Numbered from the stretch's first letter, positions 18,907 to 30,355 are shown. The stretch is 64,000 nt of DNA from an uncultured bacterium (GCA_963801165.1 CAWDDT010000003.1:1-64000), one strand, 5' to 3'. Program-made: numbers and translations. Notes: generated by a model from the letters alone, not told the origin.

Positions 18907-19350
18907 ATGACACAACCACTAATCAACGAAGTCCTGGTCCATTGCGATCCCACCACGGCATTTGATTTGCTGGCCGATGTCCGGAACGAGACGAGGTGGA
19001 CCAAGGGCGTTTCGGTAGCGGAGCTACGGAGCGAAGAGCCTATTGGCGAGGGCGCGAAGTTCCTGACCGTCTACCGTGGCACGGACAACGATGTGACAAT
19101 CGCTGAGTTCGATCGACCCCGACGCCTGGTCGTCGCCGCCGGGAACGACAGGATCGACATCGACACGACGTACACGTTCACCGGAGAGAACGGTGGCACA
19201 CGAGTCGTGGTCAGCACCGACATGCTGCCGAAAGGAATCGTCGCGGCACTCTCCCCGCTGCTCCGGCTCTTCATGCGACGTGAGCTGGCGAGCAAGTACG
19301 CGACCTTCAAACAAGCGTGCGACGGTCAGTCAGATTCCCCCTCGGACTGA
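18907..19350 (+). CDS. SRPBCC/polyketide cyclase family protein
   Basis: AFDLLADVRNETRW...EFDRPRRL pattern, 147 aa. Confidence 0.75.
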   Translation: MTQPLINEVLVHCDPTTAFDLLADVRNETRWTKGVSVAELRSEEPIGEGAKFLTVYRGTDNDVTIAEFDRPRRLVVAAGNDRIDIDTTYTFTGENGGTRVVVSTDMLPKGIVAALSPLLRLFMRRELASKYATFKQACDGQSDSPSD

Positions 19351-19526
19351 GCCCTCATCAGCCTCCCATCGTCAGCGCAACGGTCGTCCCGCTCGTCAGA
19401 TTCTTGCGAGAACGGGAGAGCACGAACCGTTGTCTGGCACCGGCGTCTACCCTCCTGCGTCGTTGCGCTCCACGTCCTCCCTGGAAGTGAGGACAAAGGA
19501 ACAGCGCCGCCACGCTGGTCGGTAGA

Positions 19527-20534
19527 GTGGCCTGCGTGTCGTCGCCACTTGAGTCGTTTCCTCGTCTCTCGCTCGCTTCTCTGCCAACACCGCTCGAGCC
19601 GTGCGCCCGTCTGAGTGAACACCTCGGCGGCCCCCGCATACTCGTCAAACGCGATGACCTGACCGGTGCCGCGGGCGGCGGTAACAAGATCAGGAAGCTC
19701 GAGTTCGTGGTGGCTGACGCTTTGGACCGTGGTGCCGACACACTGGTGACGATGGGTGTGGGTCAGTCGAATTCAGCCCGGCAGGTCGCGGGCGTGGGTG
19801 CCTCGCTCGGGTTTGATGTTCATGTTGCGGTCATCACTGATCGTGTCGAGCGCAGCGATCCGGCCTACCGATTTGGTGGCAACGCCCTTCTAACGCGACT
19901 GTTCGGCGCCACACTGCACGAGTGTTCGGTCAGCGATGATCGGCACGAGGTGCTAGCGCGGCTCGCAAACGAGCTCACGGCTGAAGGGAAGCATCCCGTC
20001 GTCGTGCCCTACGGAGTCTCCAGCGCGCGAGGCGGGCTTGGCTACGTGGCTGCGGCCCACGAGCTCGCCGGCCAAATCGACGAACTACCCGCAGCGATCG
20101 TCCACGGATCCGGGACGGGGGCGACACAGGCGGGCCTCATCGTCGGATGCGCCGACGCTCTTCCAGGCACCGAGGTGCTCGGGGTCGACGTCGACGCCGA
20201 ACCGGAACGGGTTGCTAGCGACGTAGCGGCCCTCGTCGTCGATATTGCGCATCTACTGGGCACAGATCCACCACCGCAATCGCCTGAAGTGTTTGCCGGT
20301 TGCGCCGGTGCAGCCTACGGCTCGGCGCCCGAGCAGGTTCTCAACGCCATTGATCTCTTCGCGCGGTATGCGGGTCTTGTGCTCGATCCCGTCTACTCAG
20401 GCGTCGGCGCCGCGGGTCTCATCGAGATGATCGGCAACCGACGCTTCAGCCCCGAAGAGACGGTTGTCTTTCTCCACACCGGAGGAACTCCCGGCCTACA
20501 CGCCTACCGGTCGACGTTGACATCTCGCTGGTAG
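19527..20534 (+). CDS. D-cysteine desulfhydrase/ACC deaminase family PLP enzyme
   Basis: KRDDLTG..GGNKIRKLEF, LDPVYS, FLHTGG. Confidence 0.88.
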   Translation: MACVSSPLESFPRLSLASLPTPLEPCARLSEHLGGPRILVKRDDLTGAAGGGNKIRKLEFVVADALDRGADTLVTMGVGQSNSARQVAGVGASLGFDVHVAVITDRVERSDPAYRFGGNALLTRLFGATLHECSVSDDRHEVLARLANELTAEGKHPVVVPYGVSSARGGLGYVAAAHELAGQIDELPAAIVHGSGTGATQAGLIVGCADALPGTEVLGVDVDAEPERVASDVAALVVDIAHLLGTDPPPQSPEVFAGCAGAAYGSAPEQVLNAIDLFARYAGLVLDPVYSGVGAAGLIEMIGNRRFSPEETVVFLHTGGTPGLHAYRSTLTSRW

Positions 20535-20894
20535 AGGGCCGCAAACGCCAGGCACCATCTCAGTCTCGTGGGACTGGGGAGCCCAGATGTCGATGCCACC
20601 ACAGTTTGCCCTCTCGGCTCGATGTAAGAGACCCAGACGCAGCTGCAGCAGAATCTCTCCGGGATTTCCTACCCCGACCACGACGCCGGCGCTTTCGGTG
20701 CGGCAGTACACGACCGCCCTGCGGTGCAGTCTCCTTCAGCACATGGCGTTCAGGTCGTTAGCCGCTCGATGCATCGATTGGGAGGTCGATGTGCTGTCGG
20801 CCGGCATCACCCGGAAGATCGTTTTCGGGTGGCGCTGACCGACTAGCCCAATATCCATCCAGAAGGAATCAACGTAGGGTCGCAGGCTCGGACC

Positions 20895-21671
20895 CTACTG
20901 GCCTGCCGCGGCCGGTTGGCTGCGGCGATAGAGGCTCAGCGCCAGGGTGTAGGACACGACCAGGATGCCGAGGATCCAGGCCAGGGCGATCCAGATGTTG
21001 CTGCCGGCGGTGCCGTCTGTCAGCAGTGAGCGCATGGTCTCGATGATCGGAGTCATCGGCTGGTGTTCGGCGAAGCCCCTCAGCAGCGGTGTCATCGAGT
21101 CTGTTGGTACGAACGACGGGCTGATGAAGAGGAGAAGCAGCAGGATGTAGGAGAAGGCACCGGCGCCTTCGGCCGTTTTGGCCAGCAGGCCGAAGAACAT
21201 CGCCATCCACGTCATGGCGAGCACGAACAGCACCAGGACGAGCGTGAACGAAAGCCACCCGACAGCTCCTGACGCCGAGCGGAAACCGACGATGACCGCC
21301 ATGACCAGCACGAGAAGGCAGGAGAAGAGGTTCGACAGCGTCGACGACAGGGCCTGCCCGCTCAAGACCGACGAAGGCGCAACCGGCATGGTCCGGAACC
21401 GGCTGATGATGCCCTTCTGCAGGTCCATGCTGAGCCGCAGTGCGGCATAGGCGATGCCGCTGGCGACGGTCATGATGATCACTCCGGGTGTGATGTAGTC
21501 GACGTAGTCGATGGTGCCGGTCTGGGTCCCGAGTGCGCCACCGAACACGTATACGAACAGCAGCAGCATCGCGATCGGCGTCAGGACGACTGTGATGATC
21601 GTGTCGAGGCTGCGCGTCGTATGACGTAGGGATCGTTTCGCCATGGTCCAGGTGTCACTCAGCGCTCGCAT
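20895..21671 (-). CDS. ABC-2 permease (DrrB-like)
   Basis: YVDYITPG, RFRTMP, FAEHQPMTP. Confidence 0.88.
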   Translation of the reverse strand: MRALSDTWTMAKRSLRHTTRSLDTIITVVLTPIAMLLLFVYVFGGALGTQTGTIDYVDYITPGVIIMTVASGIAYAALRLSMDLQKGIISRFRTMPVAPSSVLSGQALSSTLSNLFSCLLVLVMAVIVGFRSASGAVGWLSFTLVLVLFVLAMTWMAMFFGLLAKTAEGAGAFSYILLLLLFISPSFVPTDSMTPLLRGFAEHQPMTPIIETMRSLLTDGTAGSNIWIALAWILGILVVSYTLALSLYRRSQPAAAGQ

Positions 21672-22609
21672 GCGAATCCGTCCTTTCTTCTTCGAGGATC
21701 TTGAAGAACACGTCGTCGAGCGTTGCCGTCTGCCTGGAGAACCCGGTCGGTTCGATCCCTCGGTCTCTCAGCCGGATGAACATGTCCGCCATCTCGGCGA
21801 TCGAACCGGTGGTGGCCACCATCAGTTTCGAGTCAACGCGGCTGACGTGGTGGTGCTCCTCGAGGGTTGATTGCGCTGCGGCCAGCTGCTCTTGTTGGCT
21901 GAAGTCCAGTTCGACGAGGCCGGCAGGCACCAACGTCTTGAGCTTGTCGGGCGGGCCGTCGGCCACGATTCGGCCGCCGTGGAGGATCGCAATCTGGTCG
22001 GCGAGACGGTCGGCCTCTTCGAGATATTGCGTGGTGAGAAAGACCGTGGTCCCGCTCTGGACCAGATCCCGGATGGTTTGCCACATGTTGGTGCGGCCCT
22101 GGGGATCGAGCCCGGTCGTCGGCTCGTCGAAGAAGATGATGGCTGCGTCGCCTATCAGGCTCATAGCGATGTCGAGCCTGCGTCGCATTCCACCCGAGAA
22201 GTTCAGCGTGCGACGATCGGCCGCTTCGTTCAGCTCGAACTTTTCGAGCAGTTGCGGTCGCCGTTCGCTCGGGGTCGGGAATGTGGCGCAACTCGCCGAT
22301 CAGCACCAGGTTCTCGCGGGCGGTGAGCATGTAGTCGACCGCCGCGGACTGCCCGGTGAGGCTGATCTGCTCGCGAACCTTGCCGGGTTGTGTCGCCACG
22401 TCGAAGCCGGCGACTCGTGCGGTTCCCCCGTCGGCCTTGATCAGTGTCGTCAGGACATTGATCGTGGTCGTCTTGCCGGAGCCGTTCGCTCCGAGCAGAG
22501 CGAAGACCGTGCCCCGTTCGACGGTGAACGAGACGTCTTCGAGAACGGGCACTCCTTTGTAGCCCTTGTGGAGATTGGCTACCTCGATAGCGTTGGTTGT
22601 GTCAGGCAT
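21655..22609 (-). CDS. ABC ATPase (DrrA-like; +1 frameshift near 22255)
   Basis: GANGSGKTT, then FSGGMRRRLDIA and FFDEPTTGLDP in the shifted frame. Confidence 0.85.
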
Positions 22610-23490
22610 AGTCGTTTGTTCCTTGTTCTGACTTTGGGCGGGTGATCAGAACATCACCGAACGAGGTCCGGGCGCGAACCTGGACCGTTTCGGCAGACTG
22701 TTCGGGATCGTCGGCGGGGGAGAGGGTGTTGTGGATCTGACCGAAGCTGGTGTTGGCGTCGATCCAGGCTGCGGTGCCCTCAGCGATTCCGATCTCGAGT
22801 CCGCCGCAGGCCGTCTCTAGCGTTGCCGATCCGCGGCTGATCTGACCAAGATGTATGTCACCGTTGGAAGTCTTTGCGTTGACATCGCCGCCTGCAGCTT
22901 CGATCGTGATGTCGCCGTTGGCCGACTTCACTCTCACGTCACCGTCAACTCGGCTGATCCATGTCTTGCCGTTGTGGTTCTTCACGTCGGCGTGCGCCGT
23001 TGACGGTGCCGATGGTGATGTCGCCGGCGGTCACGATCTCGGCGTTGCCGGATGACCCCTCCAGGGTGACGCGACCCGCCCCGCTGTGAACGTGTAGTGC
23101 GCCGGCCTGGTCGATGCCCACGCTGCCCGCGCCCGTCTTGACGTCGACGTCGCCAAGGTTGCCGACGCACCGAATGTCGGCGAAGCCGGCCTCAGCGGTG
23201 AGAGAGGAGCCCTCGGGGAGCTCAACGGTCACGTCGAGAGAGCCGCTCCGACCCATCCCCAGATATGCGGCGATGCCGCGTCGCCTGGGCGCTCTGACGG
23301 TGAGGCTCACTCCGCTCAGATCGACCACCGTTTGCCTGGCCGTCTCGACGTCAACCTGCCTGTTCCGATCGCGGGGATTCACCGCAACCACCGTGTCGTT
23401 GCGGTCGCTGGCAATCACATGGACCATGCCCATGCAATGCGTCAAATCGATCGAAACGGCGATGGGTCGGACCGTCTCAAATGAAGGCAT
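22602..23490 (-). CDS. DUF4097 beta-strand repeat protein (+1 frameshift near 22993)
   Basis: MPSFETVRPI start, repeated xKTxxGDI units, RARTSFGDV end. Confidence 0.8.
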
Positions 23491-23525
23491 CTGTGCTCCT
23501 TGTCGGCTTGCGGAATCCGGTGTGT

Positions 23526-24032
23526 TCAACGCACCCACCCCGTGTATCGCTGGCTGCCCTTCGAGAACTGTGTGGACTGTCTCCGGGGACCCTCGACGGC
23601 GGCCGCCGCGGTGCGCACCAGCCATGCGTTCAGTGACAGACCCTCACGACGCGCCGCTTCCTCTATCCGCACCTTGAGTCCCTCGGGGAGCCGGAGGTTG
23701 AGCCTCGAGGTGCTTCCTTCTTCGCCCCCTCCGGGGACTAAGGCAGGAGACGTCGCAGTCCCATCGACCGCGCTACTGCTAAGCACCTCCGAAGGCAGGG
23801 TCACCACGAAGTCCGGGTCGGTGCCACGGAGTCGGACTTCCACCGACCCGGGGGCGAGCTCGCTCGTGATCTCGTCGGCGGCGGCGGAAATCGTCTCGAG
23901 CAGGACCAGACGCGTCGCCGCCTCCAGACCACCCGAAAGACGCTCGATCACCGCTTTGCTCTCGGCGCCCCCGGTCTCCGCAGCGGCGATTAGGTGCTCA
24001 CGCAGGGTCTCTACGTACATTGCAAGATTCAT
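23526..24032 (-). CDS. HicB-like RHH-domain regulator heading the DUF4097-ABC operon
   Basis: RLNLRLPEGLKVRIEEAARREGLSLNAWL RHH motif; AADEITSELAPGSVEVRLRG. Confidence 0.8.
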   Translation of the reverse strand: MNLAMYVETLREHLIAAAETGGAESKAVIERLSGGLEAATRLVLLETISAAADEITSELAPGSVEVRLRGTDPDFVVTLPSEVLSSSAVDGTATSPALVPGGGEEGSTSRLNLRLPEGLKVRIEEAARREGLSLNAWLVRTAAAAVEGPRRQSTQFSKGSQRYTGWVR

Positions 24033-24060
24033 GGTGCCATTATGGCACCTACGGTGGCAC
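24033..24060. promoter_or_regulatory. Putative RHH operator
   Basis: GGTGCCAT-T-ATGGCACC palindrome plus an extra TGGCAC directly at the start codon. Confidence 0.55.
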
Positions 24061-24181
24061 ATTTCAAGAGCCAATATGGCGGCGGCATCTCGAGTGGGGG
24101 CTGCGGCTGGCGTGCGGAGAGCTCGACGTGACGCTGGAGACCGTGGGGTGTGGCGGGACCGGAGTCGGTGCCGGCACTGTT

Positions 24182-24218
24182 TTGACAACACGTTTGTACA
24201 ACCATATGGTTGTACAAA
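24182..24218 (+). promoter_or_regulatory. Leaderless promoter with 26-bp perfect ArsR operator
   Basis: TTGACA-N17-TATGGT; TTTGTACAACCATATGGTTGTACAAA at 24193-24218. Confidence 0.8.
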
Positions 24219-24554
24219 TGGAGACGACCATCGACCAAGACCGCATCTTCGGGGCGTTGTCCGATGCCACCCGGCGAGACATCGTCCGCCGCGCCATCGA
24301 CGGTCGGGAGGGTGTTGCCGAACTGGCCGAGCACTACCCCATGAGTTTCGCTGCCGTGCAGAAGCACATCGCGATTCTCGAACGGGCAGGATTGGTCACC
24401 AAGCATCAGACCGGACGCCGCAAGGTCGTGCGCACGAACCCGGCCGCCTTGACCGGCGCAAGGAGACTGTCTCGATCGATATGAGGAGCTATGGCGGGCG
24501 CGCATCGGGCGAATGGCCGATCTCATCAGCCAAACCCAGGAGGATCACCTATGA
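24218..24554 (+). CDS. ArsR/SmtB-family regulator (+1 frameshift at 24470)
   Basis: FGALSDATRRDIV...VQKHIAILERAGLV; the corrected frame ends overlapping the next ATG. Confidence 0.85.
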
Positions 24555-25045
24555 CCGTTGTCGCCGTAGCCAAGGACCCCCGCGCACTGACGATGACCGT
24601 CACGGCCGAGTTCGCCGCCACGCCGGAGCGGGTGTGGCAGCTCTGGGCCGATCCTCGTCAGCTCGAACGCTGGTGGGGACCGCCCACGTATCCGGCGACG
24701 GTGACCGCACATGACGTGCGTGCCGGCGGACGGGTGGAGTACCACATGACCGGGCCTGAAGGCGATCAGCCCAAGGGTTATTGGGAGGTGGTGGAGACGG
24801 AGCCGCCGCATCGGCTTGTCTTCAGAGACGGCTTCCGGAACGACGACGGCACGCCGAACACCGAGATGCCCATGACGACCGACCTGGTGACCATAGAGAA
24901 TGTGGGCGGGGGCACGACGCGCATGTCCATTGAGGCGACGTTCCCGAGTACCGGGGCGCTGGAGCAGATGCTGGCCATGGGCATGGAGGAGGGCATCAGG
25001 CAGGCCGTCGGCCAGATCGACGCCGTCCTCGCCGACGCCAGATGA
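24551..25045 (+). CDS. SRPBCC/AHSA1 domain protein
   Basis: VWQLWADPRQLERWWGP, MGMEEG. Confidence 0.88.
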   Translation: MTVVAVAKDPRALTMTVTAEFAATPERVWQLWADPRQLERWWGPPTYPATVTAHDVRAGGRVEYHMTGPEGDQPKGYWEVVETEPPHRLVFRDGFRNDDGTPNTEMPMTTDLVTIENVGGGTTRMSIEATFPSTGALEQMLAMGMEEGIRQAVGQIDAVLADAR

Positions 25046-25076
25046 CGTCCGTGACCGGCAACAGCGGGAGGCTGCA

Positions 25077-25712
25077 ATGGGCAGGACACTGACGGCAGCG
25101 AGCGTGTCGCTCGACGGGTACATTGCCGGGCCGAACGAAACCGGCTTCGAGCATCTGTTCGCCTGGTACAACGCCGGAGAGATCGACTTCCCGAGCACGC
25201 ACCCGGAAGTCTCGTTCCGGCTCACGGCTACGGACCACCGGTACCTGCAGGGGTGCGTCGATGGCGTTGGCGCCATGGTCGTCGGGCGGCGCTTGTTCGA
25301 CCTAACCGACGGCTGGGGAGGTACCCACCCGTTCGACCGACCTGTGGTTGTGGTCACCCACCGCGAGCCCGAACAATGGGTGCACGCCCATCCCGACGCG
25401 CCGTTCACTTTCGTGACTGATGGATTGGCAAACGCCATCAACAAGGCGCATGAGATCGCAGGCGAGAAAGGCGTGGCAGTGACTGCCGGGAACCTGGCGA
25501 GCCAGTGTCTAGAACTCGGGCTCCTCGACGAGATCTGGCTCGACCTGGTGCCCGTCCTGCTCGGCAGCGGGGTACGGTTCTTCGACTAGCTCGGAAGCGC
25601 CCCTATCGAGCTGGATGGTCCCGATATCAGCGAAGGGGCCCGAGTCACCCATCTCCGCTACGTGGTGCGCGGGCACGGACAACTGCGACACGAGAGCACT
25701 TCCCATGGCTGA
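25077..25712 (+). CDS. RibD-C/dihydrofolate reductase family protein (in-frame TAG at 25587)
   Basis: SLDGYIAGP, GLLDEIWLDLVPVLLGSG; the VTHLRY motif continues after the TAG. Confidence 0.8.
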
Positions 25713-26475
25713 AACGAAGACACAGACCCTCGACGTACCGGGCGCCGTGCTCACCTACGACGTCCGCAGCAACGAGGAACATCCCGGACACCGTTGCTCA
25801 TCATCGGTTCGCCGATGGGTGCCGCCGGGTTCGTGACCCTGGCGGGCCACTTCACCGACCGCACGGTGATCACCTATGACCTGCGCGGGGCGGATCGCAG
25901 CACAAAGCATGACCCGGCATCTGAATCGACCCCGGACGAGCACGCCGACGACCTGCATCGGCTCATCCAGGCACTCGGGGTGGGATGGGTGGATCTGTTC
26001 GCCAGTAGTGGCGGGGCGGTGAACGCGCTGGCGCTCGTGGCCAAGCACCCGGAGGACGTCATTACTCTGGTCGCCCACGAGCCACCGGCGGCGACCGTGT
26101 TGCCCGATGCCGACATGGCGATCGCCGCCTGCCGCGACATCCAGGAAACGTACCAGCGCCGCGGTTTCGGACCCGCCATGGCGAAGTTCATCGGCCTCGT
26201 CAGCGCGGAAGGACCTCTTCCGGCCGACTACCTGGCAAGCCCGGCACCCGACCCCGAGATGTTCGGCCTGCGACCGAGGACGACGGAACACGCACCGATG
26301 GCTGAAACAGAAGACACACACCCTCGACGTACCGGGCGCCGTCCTCACCTACGACGTCCGCAGCAACGACGGAACATCCCGGACACCGTTGCTCATCATC
26401 GGTTCGCCAATGGGTGCCGCCGGGTTCGTGACCCTGGCGGGCCACTTCACCGACCGCACGGTGATCACCTATGAC
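25705..26475 (+). repeat. ~176-bp direct repeat (25705-25880 and 26298-26475)
   Basis: Near-identical copies with a few substitutions and indels. Confidence 0.9.
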
Positions 26476-26553
26476 TCGCGTGAGTACGGAGGCGTCGGAG
26501 AGCCCAATGCGCTCGCCGCGAGGCTTCACGAGATCCTGGACGGAGCCGGCTGA
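25705..26553 (+). pseudogene. Alpha/beta hydrolase, rearranged by an internal duplication
   Basis: IGSPMGAAGF, FASSGGA, VAHEPP. The N-terminal 176 bp are repeated at 26298 before a native-looking C-terminus. Confidence 0.75.
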
Positions 26554-26670
26554 GAGCGTGATGCGTTGGAGCGGGGACGAGCTCGGGGGTCGTCACCCGG
26601 ACTGCCGCTACCGGGCCACCTCTACGACGGCGTAGGGCCTCAACGGCGGTATCTGGGGAGCGGCAATGCT

Positions 26671-26733
26671 AGCGAACCGGTACGCTGAATCTCGATCGTG
26701 CGACACACCCGCGAGTTGACGAACCGGTACGCT
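26671..26733. promoter_or_regulatory. Two LacI-type operators upstream of the regulator gene
   Basis: AGCGAACCGGTACGCT (26671) and GACGAACCGGTACGCT (26718). Confidence 0.75.
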
Positions 26734-26781
26734 GCATGTCACGCTACTCATTCGGAACCTATTATGAGAAGGGAGGTTGAG

Positions 26782-27795
26782 ATGGCGACAATCGCCGATG
26801 TCGCTCAAGAGGCCGGCGTAGCAAGAAGTACCGTGTCGGCAGTTCTCACGGGCCGGAAGGTCGTGTTGCCGGAAACCCGGGCGAGGGTCGAGGCCGCGAT
26901 CGCAAAGCTCGACTACTCGGTGGACCACGGCGCCCGGGCTCTCGCGACCCGACGCACCATGAACCTGGGGTTGGTGGTTCGCTTCCACGAGGCCGAATTC
27001 AGCCCTGCCCTGGCGACCTATATCGTCGCGATCGCCGATGCTGCTCGAGAGCACGACTACGGCGTGCTGTTGTTGACCCAACCGGACGGCGCCGGCGCAA
27101 TTCGGGCCGCCGTGGCGGCCCGGCAGGTTGACGCCCTGGTGCTGCTGAACATAATCCAGGACGATCCCCGAATTGGCCCGATCGTGGATACTGGCTTCCC
27201 GGCCGTCCTGATCGGCATGCCTCGTGACACCCAGGGCATCGACGCCGTTGATCTCGATTTTGCGGCCGGTGCCCGCGTGCTGGTTGATCACCTGGCTGAT
27301 GCCGGCCACCGTGAGGCGACGTTTCTGACCTGGCCCGACGAGGTATTTCAATCCGGGCGGACGTACGCCGAACGTTTCCGGGACGCGGCGCTGGCCGAGG
27401 CTGCGCGTCGCCGGCTTGTACTGGATATCGTAAGTTGTCCCGCCGGACCCGAGCAGGTGCGCGACGCATTGCGAACGGCGCTAGCCCGGTCCACTGCCCC
27501 TCGCGCCCTTCTGGTTCACAATGACGCTGTCGTCGCCATGCTGCCCACGGTGCTCCACGAGCTGGGCCTGAGCGTGCCGGATGACTACTCCGTAGTCAGT
27601 CTGCACTCAGCTGAGCTAGGACGCATCTTCGCCCTGCCGTACACCTCCGTGGAGTCCGAGCCCGAGCGTGTCTCCAAGCTCGCGGTCGATATCCTCGTCC
27701 GACGTCTGACTACCCCGGACGGGCCGGCGGCCGTGACGACGCTCGTTGCGCCCCGCCTCGTCGAGCGAGCGAGCGTGGCCGCCGCCGTGAGCTGA
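26782..27795 (+). CDS. LacI-family transcriptional regulator
   Basis: MATIADVAQEAGVARSTVS HTH, ARALA hinge. Confidence 0.92.
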   Translation: MATIADVAQEAGVARSTVSAVLTGRKVVLPETRARVEAAIAKLDYSVDHGARALATRRTMNLGLVVRFHEAEFSPALATYIVAIADAAREHDYGVLLLTQPDGAGAIRAAVAARQVDALVLLNIIQDDPRIGPIVDTGFPAVLIGMPRDTQGIDAVDLDFAAGARVLVDHLADAGHREATFLTWPDEVFQSGRTYAERFRDAALAEAARRRLVLDIVSCPAGPEQVRDALRTALARSTAPRALLVHNDAVVAMLPTVLHELGLSVPDDYSVVSLHSAELGRIFALPYTSVESEPERVSKLAVDILVRRLTTPDGPAAVTTLVAPRLVERASVAAAVS

Positions 27796-27840
27796 AGCAG
27801 CATCCCGTCTCACGTTGGTTGTGTCGAGTCTCTCTAGTGC

Positions 27841-27904
27841 GACGAACCGGTTCGCTTGACACGTCATCTCCCTACGGATAATGTGGCAGCGAACCGGTTC
27901 GCTG
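27841..27904 (+). promoter_or_regulatory. Promoter flanked by two LacI operators
   Basis: GACGAACCGGTTCGCT; TTGACA-N17-TAATGT; perfect CAGCGAACCGGTTCGCTG at 27887-27904. Confidence 0.85.
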
Positions 27905-28028
27905 AATGGACGGTCAGGGGAAGATAAGCCGGCAGAGAATCGGGGGAGCTGCGGTCTTCGCAGAAGCTTGTGATTGGCGGAAGGGCGACCTCAACACCAG
28001 AGGCGACCCGAAGGAGAGGATTGAAGAC

Positions 28029-29301
28029 ATGCCACGTGTCAAACTACGTGTAGCAGTGATCGCGACCCTTGTGGCCGGGCTCGCCCTGACTGCTTGTTCG
28101 GACGGCAGCAGTTCAGATACGACCACCACCACCACCGAGGCCGCAACAGCCTCACAGGGCGCCACAACCCCCGAGATCGTCTTCTGGGACCCCTACCCCC
28201 AACGCGAAGCCGGATCGGACTGGGACAACCTGGTGAAGGGTTGCGCCCCGGCGGGTTCCACGATCACTCGGTCGAGTGCCCCTCAGACCGACCTGTTCAA
28301 CCAGCTCACCACCGCAGTCAAGGAGGGCAACGCCCCCGATGTGGTGCTGCTGGACAACCCGCTGACACCTGAAGCTGCCGCCTCCGGTCTGCTCGCCACC
28401 GCCGAGGTCGCCGGTATCGACACCTCCGGTGTGGACGAGAACCTGCTCGGTCCCGGCATTGTCGACGGAGTCGCCTACGGGGTGCCGATGGGCTCGAACG
28501 CTCTCGGGCTCTACTACAACAAGGATGTTCTCGATAGTGCAGGAGTCGACGTAACGTCCATCAAGGATTGGGACTCGCTGAATAGCGCGATCGAGAAGGT
28601 TGTCGCCAGTGGGGCAAAAGGCATCACGTTCTCCGGCATCGCCGGTGAAGAAGGTGTGTTCCAGTTCGAGCCGTGGTTCTGGGGAGCGGGAGCCGACTTC
28701 TCTGATATCGCATCACCCGAGGCGATCAGCGCCGGCCAATTGCTCTCGGACTGGATCGGAAATGGTTGGGCGCCGCGCTCGGCGCTGACGGACAATCAGT
28801 CCGCGTCGTGGGACTTGTTCCTGACCGGCGAGTACGGCTTTGCGGAGAATGGCTCGTGGTTCGCAGCCGCCGCTGCGGCGAATAAGGGTTTCGAGATCGA
28901 CATGATCCCGATCCCCGGCAAATCAACTCAGGTCGCACCTGTTCCGACCGGCGGCGAGTTCGCCGTCGCTCCGCTGCAGGAGACAGACGCCGCCGACCAC
29001 TATGCGAACGCCGCCGCCGTGATTGACTGCCTGGCCGGCGGGGACAACGCGGCGACCAGCAGCGAGGTGCTCGGCTACCTCTCGGCGAAGCCGGACATCC
29101 GGGCGAGCCAGGTCGCGTCGAACGCACTGTGGACACCGTGGGTCAGTATCGTCGAGGGTGCGCAAGGGCGCACCACCGATCTCGGCGCTGACTACCCGGC
29201 TGTGTCAGGGCCAGCTCTCGGAAGCGATACAGGGCGCATTGAACGCGGCCGGCGACGCCAGCGGTGTCGAGACTGCGTTCATGGACGCGGCGGGTCGCTG
29301 A
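28029..29301 (+). CDS. Sugar ABC substrate-binding lipoprotein (+1 frameshift near 29210)
   Basis: Lipobox LTAC, APDVVLLDNP, LYYNKD, ENGSW. Confidence 0.85.
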
Positions 29302-29392
29302 TCTTCAACGACGTGGTGGGGCGCACCTCCTCGCGCCCCACCACGGCCACCCCGTCGGGCGGCACGAACTACACCAGCCACGAGGATTGGGC

Positions 29393-30355
29393 ATGAGCAA
29401 CGCAGCGGGTGCAGGTGCGCCCCGGGCTACCACGCAACCCGGCGGCACCGGCGCAGTCAACCCACGGAAGAGACATCACCGCCGAGCGAACTGGGCGGCC
29501 GTCGGCTTCGTGACGCCGCTCGTGATCTACCTGGTTGTCTTCTACGCCTACCCGCTGATCCAGAACTTCGCTTTGAGCCTTCACCGCTACGACCGCGCCA
29601 CCTTCGTTAGCGGCGGTGCCCCTTTCGTCGGGCTGGACATCTATCGCGAGGTGATTGCGCAGCCCAGATTCTGGCGTGTGGTGAGCCAGACAGCCACGTT
29701 CACGCTGGTATCCATCAGTGTGCAGTACGTCATTGGGCTCGCCCTTGCAGTGTTTTTCCAGCGCAATTTCCGGCTCTCGGCCACCCTACGTGCGCTGTTC
29801 CTAGTGCCATGGTTGCTGCCTGTGATCGTTTCCGGCACCACATGGCAATGGATGATGAATCCGGACAACGGCGCGTTGAACACCCTCGTCGGTTGGTTCG
29901 GTGCGGAGCCGATTTGGTGGTTGTCGGCTCACAACTCATTGAGATCGGTGATCATCGCCAACATCTGGCTGGGCATCCCCTTCAACCTGGTCATCTTGTA
30001 CTCAGGGTTGCAGAACATCCCCCGGACCCTCTATGAGGCGGCGGCGATCGATGGAGCCAGCGGGTGGCGACAGTTCCGGAGCATTACGCTCCCCTTGCTT
30101 CGTCCTGTGACGCTGATCACCCTGCTACTCGGCCTGGTCTACACGCTGAAGGTCGTCGACATCATCTGGATCATGACGACGGGCACGGGCACGTCGCAGA
30201 CGCTGGCGACATGGTCGTACGGTCTGGCCTTTGGCAAAGGCACGTCAGGCGTGATCCAGTATTCCGAGGCGTCCGCGATTGGCAGCATCCTCCTCATGGT
30301 GGCCGTGGTGTTCGGATTCGTCTACATCGCAGTCCAGCGACGAGGGGAGGAGTGA
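29393..30355 (+). CDS. Sugar ABC permease
   Basis: LYEAAAIDGA EAA motif. Confidence 0.92.
   Translation: MSNAAGAGAPRATTQPGGTGAVNPRKRHHRRANWAAVGFVTPLVIYLVVFYAYPLIQNFALSLHRYDRATFVSGGAPFVGLDIYREVIAQPRFWRVVSQTATFTLVSISVQYVIGLALAVFFQRNFRLSATLRALFLVPWLLPVIVSGTTWQWMMNPDNGALNTLVGWFGAEPIWWLSAHNSLRSVIIANIWLGIPFNLVILYSGLQNIPRTLYEAAAIDGASGWRQFRSITLPLLRPVTLITLLLGLVYTLKVVDIIWIMTTGTGTSQTLATWSYGLAFGKGTSGVIQYSEASAIGSILLMVAVVFGFVYIAVQRRGEE

Noticed and set aside
23526-24032. HicAB toxin-antitoxin system
   Set aside because: No adjacent hicA-like gene; it heads a transporter operon.
25587-25589. Pyrrolysine or programmed TAG readthrough in the RibD-C protein
   Set aside because: Not at a catalytic position, no pyl genes seen, and the region is error-rich; a point mutation or sequencing error is simpler.
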